Made by a program: the position numbers and the translations under genes. From Mycolicibacterium smegmatis (lineage in GTDB: Bacteria > Actinomycetota > Actinomycetes > Mycobacteriales > Mycobacteriaceae), in the NCBI RefSeq assembly GCF_001457595.1, contig NZ_LN831039.1, positions 6,030,001-6,062,000 on the forward strand: a DNA stretch of 32,000 bases. Reading direction: 5' to 3'. The notes under the pieces were generated by a model. That model saw only the letters and a program-made list of their open reading frames with translations, was not told where the DNA came from and did not search any database. Numbering within the stretch: the first letter of the stretch is position 1; each line of letters opens with the position of its first letter. Shown here piece by piece: positions 10,004 through 18,470 of the stretch.

Positions 10004-11539
10004 TCAGAGCGATTCGTCTAGTTCAGGAGCTCGGTGCACCAATGACCTCACGGTGCGATACACGTCAGGTGAGACAACACGGACGATGCCGATATGAACC
10101 ACACCGACAGCGACCATGACAGCTGCCAGGGACCACGCCGGCGCCCATCCTCCGGTGAGGGAGAGAACAAGTAGACCTGCCCCAGCTGAACCGGCGACAG
10201 CTACCGATGCCGCGGCGAAGACCCTTGCGAGTGTCCGCGGCGGGATATCCAGTAGCCGACCGACCAAGACCCACCGGATGACTGTCGCCACGAATGCAAC
10301 TGAGACAAATCCGATCGCCACCCAGTTCAAACCGTTATGGGCCACCAGCGCTGTCACTGCTATCTCGACCGCACCGATGCACCCGGCATACACCAGCCAG
10401 CGACCTGGCCTGCCGATTCCGTAGTGCAGGCGTTGATCGATGATCGCGCCGAGGGTCAGAATGGCCGCCAGAGAGAGCGCTTGTGCCACCGGAACGCTGT
10501 GGTCCCATCCTTGCCCGAAGAGAAGTGGGACAACCAGTGTGCCGCCGACCACGACCACTGTCATCAGTGGAGATACGGCGGCATAGGCGATACCCAAGGC
10601 CTTCAGATATGCCGACTGCAATCGCTCCGGAGACTCGCGGACCTTGGCGAAGACGACCGTGGAAACCGGGACCAGGGCCTTTCCACCGAGGTCCTGTGTC
10701 ACCTGAACCAGCCGCTGCGCGATGCTCAGGAACCCGAGCGCGGCCGGTCCGAGGACGGTCGAGATGATCGCTGCCTCTGCCGCAGGTCTCATGGCCACGA
10801 TCACATCGGCAGCGATGACCTTGTTTCCGAATTTCGCCATATCGAAAAACTCTGACTTCGAGAACTGGAGCGTCGGACGCCAACGCGCCGCCTGCCACAC
10901 CAAGACACAGCTGATCGCCTCGGCGATCACCAGCTGACTCACCAGCGCCCATGCACCTGCGCCGCGGAAAGCGAGGACGACAGCAACCACCTGCGCGATG
11001 ACTGCAGAAGCCAACCACTGGAGCGAGAGCGCGCGAAACCGCATCTCCCGCCGCAGTAGCGCTGCCGGGACCGAGCAGAGGATGATGAACCCGGCCGCGA
11101 GTGAGCAGCCACGTAACACGGGTGCAGCCTTTGGTAGATCGAACAAGGACGCGATCACCGGCGCAAACGCGGCCACCGCTGCCATCAGTACGATCGCCAT
11201 CGTCAGCGAGTACCAGAATGCTGTGCTCAGCAGTCGCTGATCGGCCCTTTTGACCTGAAGTACATAGGTGGACAGCCCTAGGTCGGCAAGTAACAGCAGG
11301 AAGGGCGTGACCGTCATCGCTGCCGCGACCACCCCGAAGTCCTCAGGCGTCAGCAGGCGCGTGAGGATGGCGATGGTGGCGAGGCCGGTCAAACGCATCA
11401 GCCATTGGGCAGCTGTCAACCACAGGGTTCCGGCTGCCGCCGATCTCCCGAGGGGCTCAACAGGCGCCTCTGCACCCGGGAGATCCTCGGGATCAAGAGC
11501 TTCCGATTTGTCGGAGCGGCCGCCCGGGCTCGACATCAC
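10004..11539 (-). CDS. Polysaccharide flippase (Wzx/TuaB/WzxC-like, PST family)
   Basis: Multi-spanning protein: GTLWLTAAQWLMRLTGLATIAILTRLLTPEDFGVVAAAMTVTPFLLLLADLGLSTYVLQ...SAYLKALGIAYAAVSPLMTVVVVGGTLVVPLLFG. Confidence 0.9.
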   Translation of the reverse strand: MMSSPGGRSDKSEALDPEDLPGAEAPVEPLGRSAAAGTLWLTAAQWLMRLTGLATIAILTRLLTPEDFGVVAAAMTVTPFLLLLADLGLSTYVLQVKRADQRLLSTAFWYSLTMAIVLMAAVAAFAPVIASLFDLPKAAPVLRGCSLAAGFIILCSVPAALLRREMRFRALSLQWLASAVIAQVVAVVLAFRGAGAWALVSQLVIAEAISCVLVWQAARWRPTLQFSKSEFFDMAKFGNKVIAADVIVAMRPAAEAAIISTVLGPAALGFLSIAQRLVQVTQDLGGKALVPVSTVVFAKVRESPERLQSAYLKALGIAYAAVSPLMTVVVVGGTLVVPLLFGQGWDHSVPVAQALSLAAILTLGAIIDQRLHYGIGRPGRWLVYAGCIGAVEIAVTALVAHNGLNWVAIGFVSVAFVATVIRWVLVGRLLDIPPRTLARVFAAASVAVAGSAGAGLLVLSLTGGWAPAWSLAAVMVAVGVVHIGIVRVVSPDVYRTVRSLVHRAPELDESL

Positions 11540-11639
11540 CGCCCCGCATTCTCAGCGGCCGTAGGCCTCCGGTGACAATACCGGGTGCCGCCGGTGCGTC
11601 GATCGGCAACAAGACAGCTCAGATTCGTTCGCAGTGCAG

Positions 11640-12854
11640 TCACCGAAACTCGCGCATCTTTTGCTCGACGGACAGTGCAAGTTCCTCCAGTCGACGCCGG
11701 CGCGTCTGCATGTTCGGTGTCTCCACCAGGCCTGCGATGGAAAGGATCTCCGCCCACCGGTGCACGTGGTCGTGTCGCCGAAGCGAGTTCGCGACGTTGG
11801 CCCTGCGGATCCGCTCGACGCGCTCGGGATCTTCCTCAAGTTCCGCGATGACGTCTGCGATGTCACCGGAATTGAATTCCAGCGGTATCACCGAATCCTT
11901 CCAGCCGAAGTTCTGTGTGAAAGATTCGTTGTGGGGGGCATCCCCGATGAGCACAGTCCCGGCGGCTGCGCCTTCGAAATAGCGCAACCCCAACTCTTGA
12001 TTGCCCCTGGTCCGCTCTGGGTTGTAGTGCCTGACGGCGGTCGCGAGAAAAAACCGGGTGCGCTTCAACATCTCTGCCAATCGGCGTCGGTGTTCGGCAT
12101 TACTGGTCACCGGACAGTTCGTCAACGTGTCATACACGTAGTACCAGTCTCCCTGCTCAGCCATACGGAGCAGTGCCTTGTGCGTCTCGGGCGGCCGCTT
12201 ACCCATTGCATAGAAGTCGATGACCCGCTCGCGCGCTGCCGGATATGGGCAGAACTCAAGCGTGTCGACGGACGGGGCGAGGAAATGACATGGCCGACCG
12301 GTCGCCGAGGCAAGTGGAGCCACAGCGTCCCTCACAGACACAAAGATGTGATCGAAGTTCTTGAGAATGTTGAGTAAGTTGCCCAAACCGGCGACATCAG
12401 AAGGGTATATCTCATCGATGTAACACATCGAAACCCGTGCCCTGGAACGCCACATCGCGCACGGACCAACGTTGTACAGGTCACTCGCCGACTGATTGCT
12501 CACGAAAAGAATCTCGTAATCGTGCGCAATCCCCGGCGGAGGCGGCCGACGCACGATCAGCGGAGCCATCTCCTCCAATGTCACCGACAGACGACGAAAT
12601 GCCTTTGCGCCCAGCCGCTGTAACGTGCGACCGACGTGGCGCACCGGACTGCGGGCATCTGCTGGATCCGGGGTCTCCTGCGGCGCGACCAGGTCGACGG
12701 CATCTACTGCACCCACAAGATCTTCGAATTCGTACAACCCACTGCGAGACACCACCGGGGCGATATCCCTGTTGGAGACGATAAGAACACGCGCATCCGG
12801 AGCTTTCATGGCGAATCGGTATGGCCGCATCCCCTGCACTACTTTCTCGATCAC
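11640..12854 (-). CDS. CgeB-like glycosyltransferase (Glyco_trans_1_2 type)
   Basis: PCHFLAPSVDTLEFCPYP...RVIDFYAMGKRP...NQELGLRYFEGAAAGTVLIGDAP...WKDSVIPLEFNSGDIADVIAELEEDPERVERIRRANVANSLRRHDHVHRW. Start may be 12809 (MKAPDARVL). Confidence 0.83.
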   Translation of the reverse strand: MIEKVVQGMRPYRFAMKAPDARVLIVSNRDIAPVVSRSGLYEFEDLVGAVDAVDLVAPQETPDPADARSPVRHVGRTLQRLGAKAFRRLSVTLEEMAPLIVRRPPPPGIAHDYEILFVSNQSASDLYNVGPCAMWRSRARVSMCYIDEIYPSDVAGLGNLLNILKNFDHIFVSVRDAVAPLASATGRPCHFLAPSVDTLEFCPYPAARERVIDFYAMGKRPPETHKALLRMAEQGDWYYVYDTLTNCPVTSNAEHRRRLAEMLKRTRFFLATAVRHYNPERTRGNQELGLRYFEGAAAGTVLIGDAPHNESFTQNFGWKDSVIPLEFNSGDIADVIAELEEDPERVERIRRANVANSLRRHDHVHRWAEILSIAGLVETPNMQTRRRRLEELALSVEQKMREFR

Positions 12855-13125
12855 CCTATTCTCGGTCCGTACCAGGCTCGACGAAACGGGCCCTCGACAT
12901 CCCTATTCCACTGTCACCAGGATCAGCGGTCGGACTCGGTTCCTCGTGTTGTCGGTGAAACTTCCTGATCGCCGGCAGACCACTCGATCTTGAAACCTCT
13001 AGCGAACCAGCCGGATCCCCATACTTCCTGCAACTACTGAAGATCGCGCCGGTCGTTACTCTCCCCGCAAACCTTGACGCGACGTACACTACACGGATTA
13101 CCAGGCCTATTCACGGAGAACGCCA

Positions 13126-14502
13126 ATGCCGCACATTCCGGCAGTTCGATCATTCGAAAAATCCTGCGAGCTCCAGACGAAGCTGCACCACGTAGTACCC
13201 GGTGGTGCGCACACATACTCGCGTGGCTCCGATCAGTACCCAGAGTTCATGACGCCCGTGCTGACCCACGGCCACGGCTGCCACGTGTGGGACGCCGACG
13301 GCAACGAGTACATCGAGTACGGCATGGGATTGCGGTCAGTGACCCTTGGTCACGGATTCCGGCCGGTCATCGAAGCCGTCTGCTCAGCGATCGCCGACGG
13401 TGTGAACTTCAGCCGACCGACCACCCTCGAGCTGGACGCCGCTGAGGAGTTCCTGGACCTCATTCCAGCGGCCGAAATGGTCAAGTTCGCCAAGAACGGG
13501 TCCGATGTCACCACAGCGGCTGTCCGGTTGGCTCGAGCCGTCACGGGCAGGGCCACGGTCGCAGCGTGCCACCAACCCTTTTTCTCGACCGACGACTGGT
13601 TCATCGGCACAACCGAAATGAGCGGCGGAATACCCCAATCCAACCGTTCAACTGTGCTCTTCGAGTACAACGACCTCGATTCACTCGCCTCGGTCCTCAC
13701 GACACACGACATCGCATGCGTGATCCTTGAAGCCGCAACATCAACCACCGAACCTGCGGCGGGTTTCCTCGAAGGTGTACGGCGGTTGTGCGACAAACAC
13801 GGTGCACTGCTCGTGATCGACGAAATGATCACGGGCTTCCGCTGGTCCGAACACGGCGCGCAGACCGTCTACGGGATCGAACCCGACCTGTCGTGCTGGG
13901 GCAAGGCGATGGGCAACGGATTTCCCATTTCGGCGCTTGCCGGCAAGCGGGAATTCATGGAACTCGGCGGCCTGCGAACAGACCGCGAGCGAGTGTTCCT
14001 GCTATCCACAACCCATGGTCCCGAAAGGGGCTCGCTGGCCGCATTCCGAGCGGTGGTCCGAGAGTACATCGAGAACGATCCGATCAGCAGAATGGAGCAG
14101 GCCGGCCGTCTGCTGGCCGCGGGTGTCAAGGCTGCCGTCGACGAGGCAGGCTTGGCCGATTTCGTGCAGGTCGCGGGCCGGCCATCCTGCTTGACGTTCA
14201 TCACCCGCGACGCCGGCCGCGTTCCATCGCAGGCGTATCGCACCCTCTTCCTTCAGGAACTGCTCAAACGGGGTGTGCTGGGTCAGTCTTTCGTGACATC
14301 TGCGGCACATACCGATCGCGATATCGAACAAACGATCACTGCGGTCAGCGGTGCACTACCGGCTTACAAGCTTGCGGTCGAACGCGGTTCGGTCGATGGC
14401 CTTCTTGAAGGGCGGCCGGTCGCACCCGCCATTCGGCAGTACGCCGCCCCGCGCCGGATCGAGTCAACGGCTGGACTGACACAGACTTCCGCGTCTCAGT
14501 GA
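13126..14502 (+). CDS. Glutamate-1-semialdehyde aminomutase-like class III (PLP) aminotransferase
   Basis: GGAG RBS 7 nt before ATG. VPGGAHTYSRGSDQYPEF, VWDADGNEYIEYGMGLRSVTLGH, AAEMVKFAKNGSDVTTAAVRLARA, LLVIDEMITGFRW, GKAMGNGFPISALAGK. Confidence 0.9.
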   Translation: MPHIPAVRSFEKSCELQTKLHHVVPGGAHTYSRGSDQYPEFMTPVLTHGHGCHVWDADGNEYIEYGMGLRSVTLGHGFRPVIEAVCSAIADGVNFSRPTTLELDAAEEFLDLIPAAEMVKFAKNGSDVTTAAVRLARAVTGRATVAACHQPFFSTDDWFIGTTEMSGGIPQSNRSTVLFEYNDLDSLASVLTTHDIACVILEAATSTTEPAAGFLEGVRRLCDKHGALLVIDEMITGFRWSEHGAQTVYGIEPDLSCWGKAMGNGFPISALAGKREFMELGGLRTDRERVFLLSTTHGPERGSLAAFRAVVREYIENDPISRMEQAGRLLAAGVKAAVDEAGLADFVQVAGRPSCLTFITRDAGRVPSQAYRTLFLQELLKRGVLGQSFVTSAAHTDRDIEQTITAVSGALPAYKLAVERGSVDGLLEGRPVAPAIRQYAAPRRIESTAGLTQTSASQ

Positions 14503-14590
14503 CCGTCATCGCCGTAACACTGCCGTTTTGCGGCGTAGCGTTGGTTCATCGACCTCGGGGGGAGGTCCAAAGCAATTTTGAGGGGGACTT

Positions 14591-15253
14591 GTGATTGCCA
14601 CTCGACTGCGGCAGGTTTTTGTCGACTCACCCAATTCCCTGGGCGCAAAGGCACGCATAAAGCGCTGGGAGCTGTTTCTCAAGACATTTCCGGACATCGA
14701 AGACATGAATCTCCTGGACCTCGGTGGAACCGCGGAAACCTGGCACCGATCACCAGTCCGGCCCAGGAAGATAACGGTGTTGAACCTGTTCGAGCCCGGC
14801 GAGTCGGACGACGGCAGAATCGTCACCCTCAAAGGTGACGCCTGCAGGGCCACAGCCGCATTGGCCGGGGCCGACTCGCCCACAGAGTTCGACGTTGTTT
14901 TCTCGAACTCGCTGATCGAGCATGTCGGAGGGCACGCACGTCGTTGCGAACTGGCCACGGAGATCAGGAAACTCGCACCGAGGCACTGGGTGCAGACACC
15001 TTACCGATACTTCCCGGTTGAGCCCCACTGGCTGTTCCCCGGCATGCAGTTCATGCCTGTCGCCGCACGAACGCAAGTCGCCAAACGCTGGCCTCTGGCG
15101 CATACCAGGCCCTCCACGACCAACGAGGCGCTCGATGCCGTTCTGTGGACGGAACTCCTGAGCGCTGCTGAGATGCGCGACTATTTCCCTGGCTCAACGC
15201 TTCTCAAGGAGCGGGTGATGGGATTGACCAAATCGCTCATCGCCGTCCGCTGA
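14591..15253 (+). CDS. Class I SAM-dependent methyltransferase
   Basis: GTG start after a GAGGGGGA RBS. MNLLDLGGTAETW, DACRATAALAGADSPTEFDVVFSNSLIEHVG, HWVQTPYRYFPVEPHWLFPG. Confidence 0.75.
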   Translation: MIATRLRQVFVDSPNSLGAKARIKRWELFLKTFPDIEDMNLLDLGGTAETWHRSPVRPRKITVLNLFEPGESDDGRIVTLKGDACRATAALAGADSPTEFDVVFSNSLIEHVGGHARRCELATEIRKLAPRHWVQTPYRYFPVEPHWLFPGMQFMPVAARTQVAKRWPLAHTRPSTTNEALDAVLWTELLSAAEMRDYFPGSTLLKERVMGLTKSLIAVR

Positions 15254-15302
15254 GCTCCTGATGAGTACGAGATCAGGATCTGATCGTCAACGCCGCACTC
15301 GC

Positions 15303-16292
15303 TCAGTCAGCTTCGCGCTCCAACCAGATCTCACGCCAATAGGTGGGCAACCCCCGAGAGCACATCCTCCAGTACTCGCCCCGGCACCCGGCGCCGTCGA
15401 GCATCACGCAGTCAGATTTGATCTCGACCATCCGACCCGTCTCGTCATCGACAAACCGGTGTACTCGGTCAACCACCGTGGTGGATGACCCGCACCACGT
15501 CGCATCCTCAGCATCGAACAGCAGACCACGATTTTTGTTGTGTTGGTCCAGAGTTGCTTCGATCTCGCGGCGCGAACGAATGCGCACCCTTTCGCCGACC
15601 TTCAGGTCGAGTGTCGCTCTCGGAGTGCGGACCCCGCGGCCCCGTATCTCGCGGAGTCGGCGCCCACCACACACACGAAACACCGGAGGTAGATGCTCTG
15701 CGCTTATCCGCTGGTAGCGGTTGATGACTGCCTCGGTCATGATCCGCACGAATGCCCATATCGAGTAGTTTCCGGACGCTACGTCCCAGAAGTACTGCTG
15801 CAGTTCGCCGATCGGCAGCGGGCGGGTGAAAACGTTCACCTCAGTGGCCTGGCACGTGTAGCGCACCACCCCGTCCGCGGCCTCTCGTCTGGTCCTGCCG
15901 AGACGGTTGAGCAGCTCCACATCGGCGTCTGAACGAGGGGTCGGAGGGGCATCGTCGTCGGCGACTCGCTTGAGCCAAGCATCCTTCCAATACATCAGGC
16001 ATCTCGCCTGGCACCCACCATGGGCAGAACCATCGCAATGAAGGCCTTCCAGGTGTACGGAATCATCGAGCCATCGAATGTGCCCATGCCCGTCACAGGT
16101 CTTGTGCGCACTCTTGGCCACGGTTGCACGCCGGCCGCAGAAGGCTGCCATCTCTGGCATGAACGGCATGCCGTCGAGGCGACCATCGGCATCAAGCGTT
16201 GCGACGATTTCCGCCAACGATCTGATCTCGACGAGTTCACCGACGCGGAGTGGGCGATCAACATTTGAACGCTTCTCGATTGTCTTTAACAT
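15303..16292 (-). CDS. Uncharacterised Cys-containing protein with internal duplication
   Basis: ORF 15303..16313; start MLKTIEKRSN at 16292 preceded by GAAGGG. Two homologous segments: VGELVEIRSLAEIVATLDADGRLDGMPFMPEMAAFCG...CQARCLMYWKDAWLKR and VGERVRIRSRREIEATLDQHNKNRGLLFDAEDATWCG...CSRGLPTYWREIWLER. Confidence 0.8.
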   Translation of the reverse strand: MLKTIEKRSNVDRPLRVGELVEIRSLAEIVATLDADGRLDGMPFMPEMAAFCGRRATVAKSAHKTCDGHGHIRWLDDSVHLEGLHCDGSAHGGCQARCLMYWKDAWLKRVADDDAPPTPRSDADVELLNRLGRTRREAADGVVRYTCQATEVNVFTRPLPIGELQQYFWDVASGNYSIWAFVRIMTEAVINRYQRISAEHLPPVFRVCGGRRLREIRGRGVRTPRATLDLKVGERVRIRSRREIEATLDQHNKNRGLLFDAEDATWCGSSTTVVDRVHRFVDDETGRMVEIKSDCVMLDGAGCRGEYWRMCSRGLPTYWREIWLEREAD

Positions 16293-16337
16293 CTGGACCC
16301 TTCCAGAGTGCACCGGGTCATTTGGCCCGCGAAGTTG

Positions 16338-16376
16338 ATAGATCTATTTGACAGGGCTTTTATTCAGATGATTAAT
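16338..16376 (+). promoter_or_regulatory. Candidate promoter/operator: perfect 10-bp palindrome ATAGATCTAT (16338-16347) abutting TTGACA (16348-16353), 17-bp spacer, ATTAAT (16371-16376)
   Basis: Read directly in an AT-rich spacer. The -35-like hexamer is perfect, the -10-like hexamer is weak (4/6), and there is no convincing plus-strand gene immediately downstream. Confidence 0.3.
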
Positions 16377-16827
16377 TTATGGGCGTCGCCGAAATCAGAA
16401 TGCGCCGAGATTTTCTCAATTTCCGACATATTCGCGAGTTACACAGCAAGTTGTACGCTGACACACAGCCTTCGCTGGTTGCGGCTTATGCCTGTTGCAG
16501 GCAACGAGTTGCGTCGCCCGAACATCGAAGCTGACATGCCCTTGCGCCCTTCATGGGCACTTCCGGCAAGAATCACGCGATCGGTCACGCCGTCAGCAGA
16601 TCCACGGCATGCTCGGGCAGTCGACGACAAAAAGGCATAATCGCGCATCAATCGTTGGCGCTGCGAAACACTCTCAATTCAGATCACCTGCCGCGGTGTG
16701 TATTTTTCTGAGCGATGCCGAGACCTGACTTCTCGGCAGTTTCGCGCATCGCGTCAAAGTCCTCCCGATCCTTTCTCATGTCGGACCGGCTGGACAGCGG
16801 TTCGAATTCGCGGTCGGTGGTTTATCA

Positions 16828-17901
16828 CTATCTGTCCACCTTCCAACGTCCGTCGAGCTCCGGATAACGGCTGGACACCTCGCCGAGGAGATCGGGCACG
16901 GTCAGCAACACACTGTCCGGGTTCGCGGCGAGCAGTTCATCCGGCGAGACGATCGGAATGTCGGTACCCGGCATGCGACGGCCCAGCTTGGCAGGCGCCG
17001 CGTCCGCGACCGCCGCGACCAACCGCGAGTCGAGTCCCGCCCGGCTGAACAGCGCCACCGCCCGTGACGCGGCGCCGTATGCGAAGACAGTGCGGCCAGC
17101 GGAGGATTCCGCCTCGAGCCAGCTCCTCAGGTCGTTTACGTGGAGATCGGCCCGCCGCTGCAGGGCGGCGACGACCGCCGGATCGGATATGCCGAACTCG
17201 TCCTCACTCTTCAGGATGCGCGCGACCACGGCGTCACCGTCGACGTCCTCCGGAACCGCCGCCAGGAGCACTGTTCCGCCGTACAGGTCGAACTCCCACG
17301 CCGTGGCCACGCGAAGTCCGACCTCGCCGAGGAGCCGCACGAGCGCACTCAGGGAGTAGTACGCGAAGTGACCGTGCCGCAGCGCATTCCACTGCCCTTC
17401 CCGGACGATCGTCATGATCGAGTGGTACTGCAGCAGCAGGACTCCGCCTGGCCGGATCTGTCGGGCACGCTCTTCGAAGGCGCGGCGCTGGTCGGATTCG
17501 TGCATGATGCCGAAGCAGTCGAGCACCACATCCGCCTGCGAGTGCACAGCGGTGAAACCGCGGTCTGTGAGCCACGGAAGCCACGTGCCGCCGTGCGGAC
17601 TGCCGAATTCGAGGACCGTGCTCCCTCTGAGCCAGCCCGCGACGTCCACCATTGCGACCGCCGCCGCTGCCTGATCCTTGAGCGCCTGGGGTTCCACCCC
17701 GCGGGGCTCGTCGGAAACCGTGTCGTCGTCGGCGAGTTGCGCAAGTCCGCATGAACCACACATGTCCATCGCCAGTGGATGCGATGTCTCTTCAGAGCTG
17801 ACTGGCGCGGTGACAAGAGGAAAGTGGTCTGACGCCGGAACCTTTCCGAGATCAAGGACCCTGGTGAGATCCGTTTTCCCGCATCCTCGGCACGCATTCA
17901 T
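16828..17901 (-). CDS. Divergent C-methyltransferase-like protein (NDP-hexose C-methyltransferase architecture)
   Basis: N-terminal zinc-type CRGCG...CGSCGLAQ; VLEFGSPHGG; LRHGHFAYYSLSALVRLL; C-terminal TVFAYGAASRAVALF...VADAAPAKLGRRMPGTDIPIVSPDEL. Confidence 0.82.
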   Translation of the reverse strand: MNACRGCGKTDLTRVLDLGKVPASDHFPLVTAPVSSEETSHPLAMDMCGSCGLAQLADDDTVSDEPRGVEPQALKDQAAAAVAMVDVAGWLRGSTVLEFGSPHGGTWLPWLTDRGFTAVHSQADVVLDCFGIMHESDQRRAFEERARQIRPGGVLLLQYHSIMTIVREGQWNALRHGHFAYYSLSALVRLLGEVGLRVATAWEFDLYGGTVLLAAVPEDVDGDAVVARILKSEDEFGISDPAVVAALQRRADLHVNDLRSWLEAESSAGRTVFAYGAASRAVALFSRAGLDSRLVAAVADAAPAKLGRRMPGTDIPIVSPDELLAANPDSVLLTVPDLLGEVSSRYPELDGRWKVDR

Positions 17902-17915
17902 GACAGCATCTCCAT

Positions 17916-18470
17916 GTGCGTATCGAAGGTGCAGACCTCGCCGACGTGCTGGTTCTCGTTCCGGAGCCGTTCCGCGATGAGCGCGGACTGTTCACCCGGA
18001 CGTTCGACGCCCACATCTTCGACGACCACCTCGGCCGACCCGGCGTCTCGGCGTCGTTCGTCCAGGACTCCCAGTCCCGTTCGTCGCAGGGCGTCGTGCG
18101 GGGCATGCACGGCCGCTCCGAACGAGGCGAAGCCAAGCTCGTGCGTTGCGCCCACGGCGCCGTGCACGACGTCCTTGTCGACATTCGCCCGGACTCCCCC
18201 ACCTTCGGCCGCCAACAGGCATTTCTGCTTGACGATAAGGATTTTCGGCATCTGTACGTGCCCCCCGGTTTTCTTCATGGTTTTCAGGCTCTGACGGCCA
18301 TCGCCGATGTGTGCTACCGGATCGACCGCCCCCACGATCCATCCGAGGATCTCGCCGTTGCCTACAACGACCCCGACCTCGGGATCGACTGGCCGCTACC
18401 GGTCACGATGGTCTCCCCGCGAGACGCCGGTGCCGGAAGCTGGTCCGACCTGATCAGGCATATGTCCTGA
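17916..18470 (+). CDS. RmlC-like dTDP-4-dehydrorhamnose 3,5-epimerase family protein
   Basis: GTG start. FRDERGLFTRTFDAHIF, GVVRGMHGRSERGEAKLVRCAHGAVHDVLVDIRPDSPTFG, YVPPGFLHGFQAL, YNDPDLGIDWPL. Confidence 0.88.
   Translation: MRIEGADLADVLVLVPEPFRDERGLFTRTFDAHIFDDHLGRPGVSASFVQDSQSRSSQGVVRGMHGRSERGEAKLVRCAHGAVHDVLVDIRPDSPTFGRQQAFLLDDKDFRHLYVPPGFLHGFQALTAIADVCYRIDRPHDPSEDLAVAYNDPDLGIDWPLPVTMVSPRDAGAGSWSDLIRHMS

Noticed and set aside
14503-14590. Imperfect inverted repeat around CACTGCCGTTTTGCGGCG after the aminotransferase
   Set aside because: Pairing is too weak and the downstream methyltransferase is likely co-transcribed.
16308-16640. 116-aa plus-strand ORF next to the AT-rich candidate promoter
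   Set aside because: It begins upstream of the promoter-like element, lacks recognisable domains and has an unconvincing composition.
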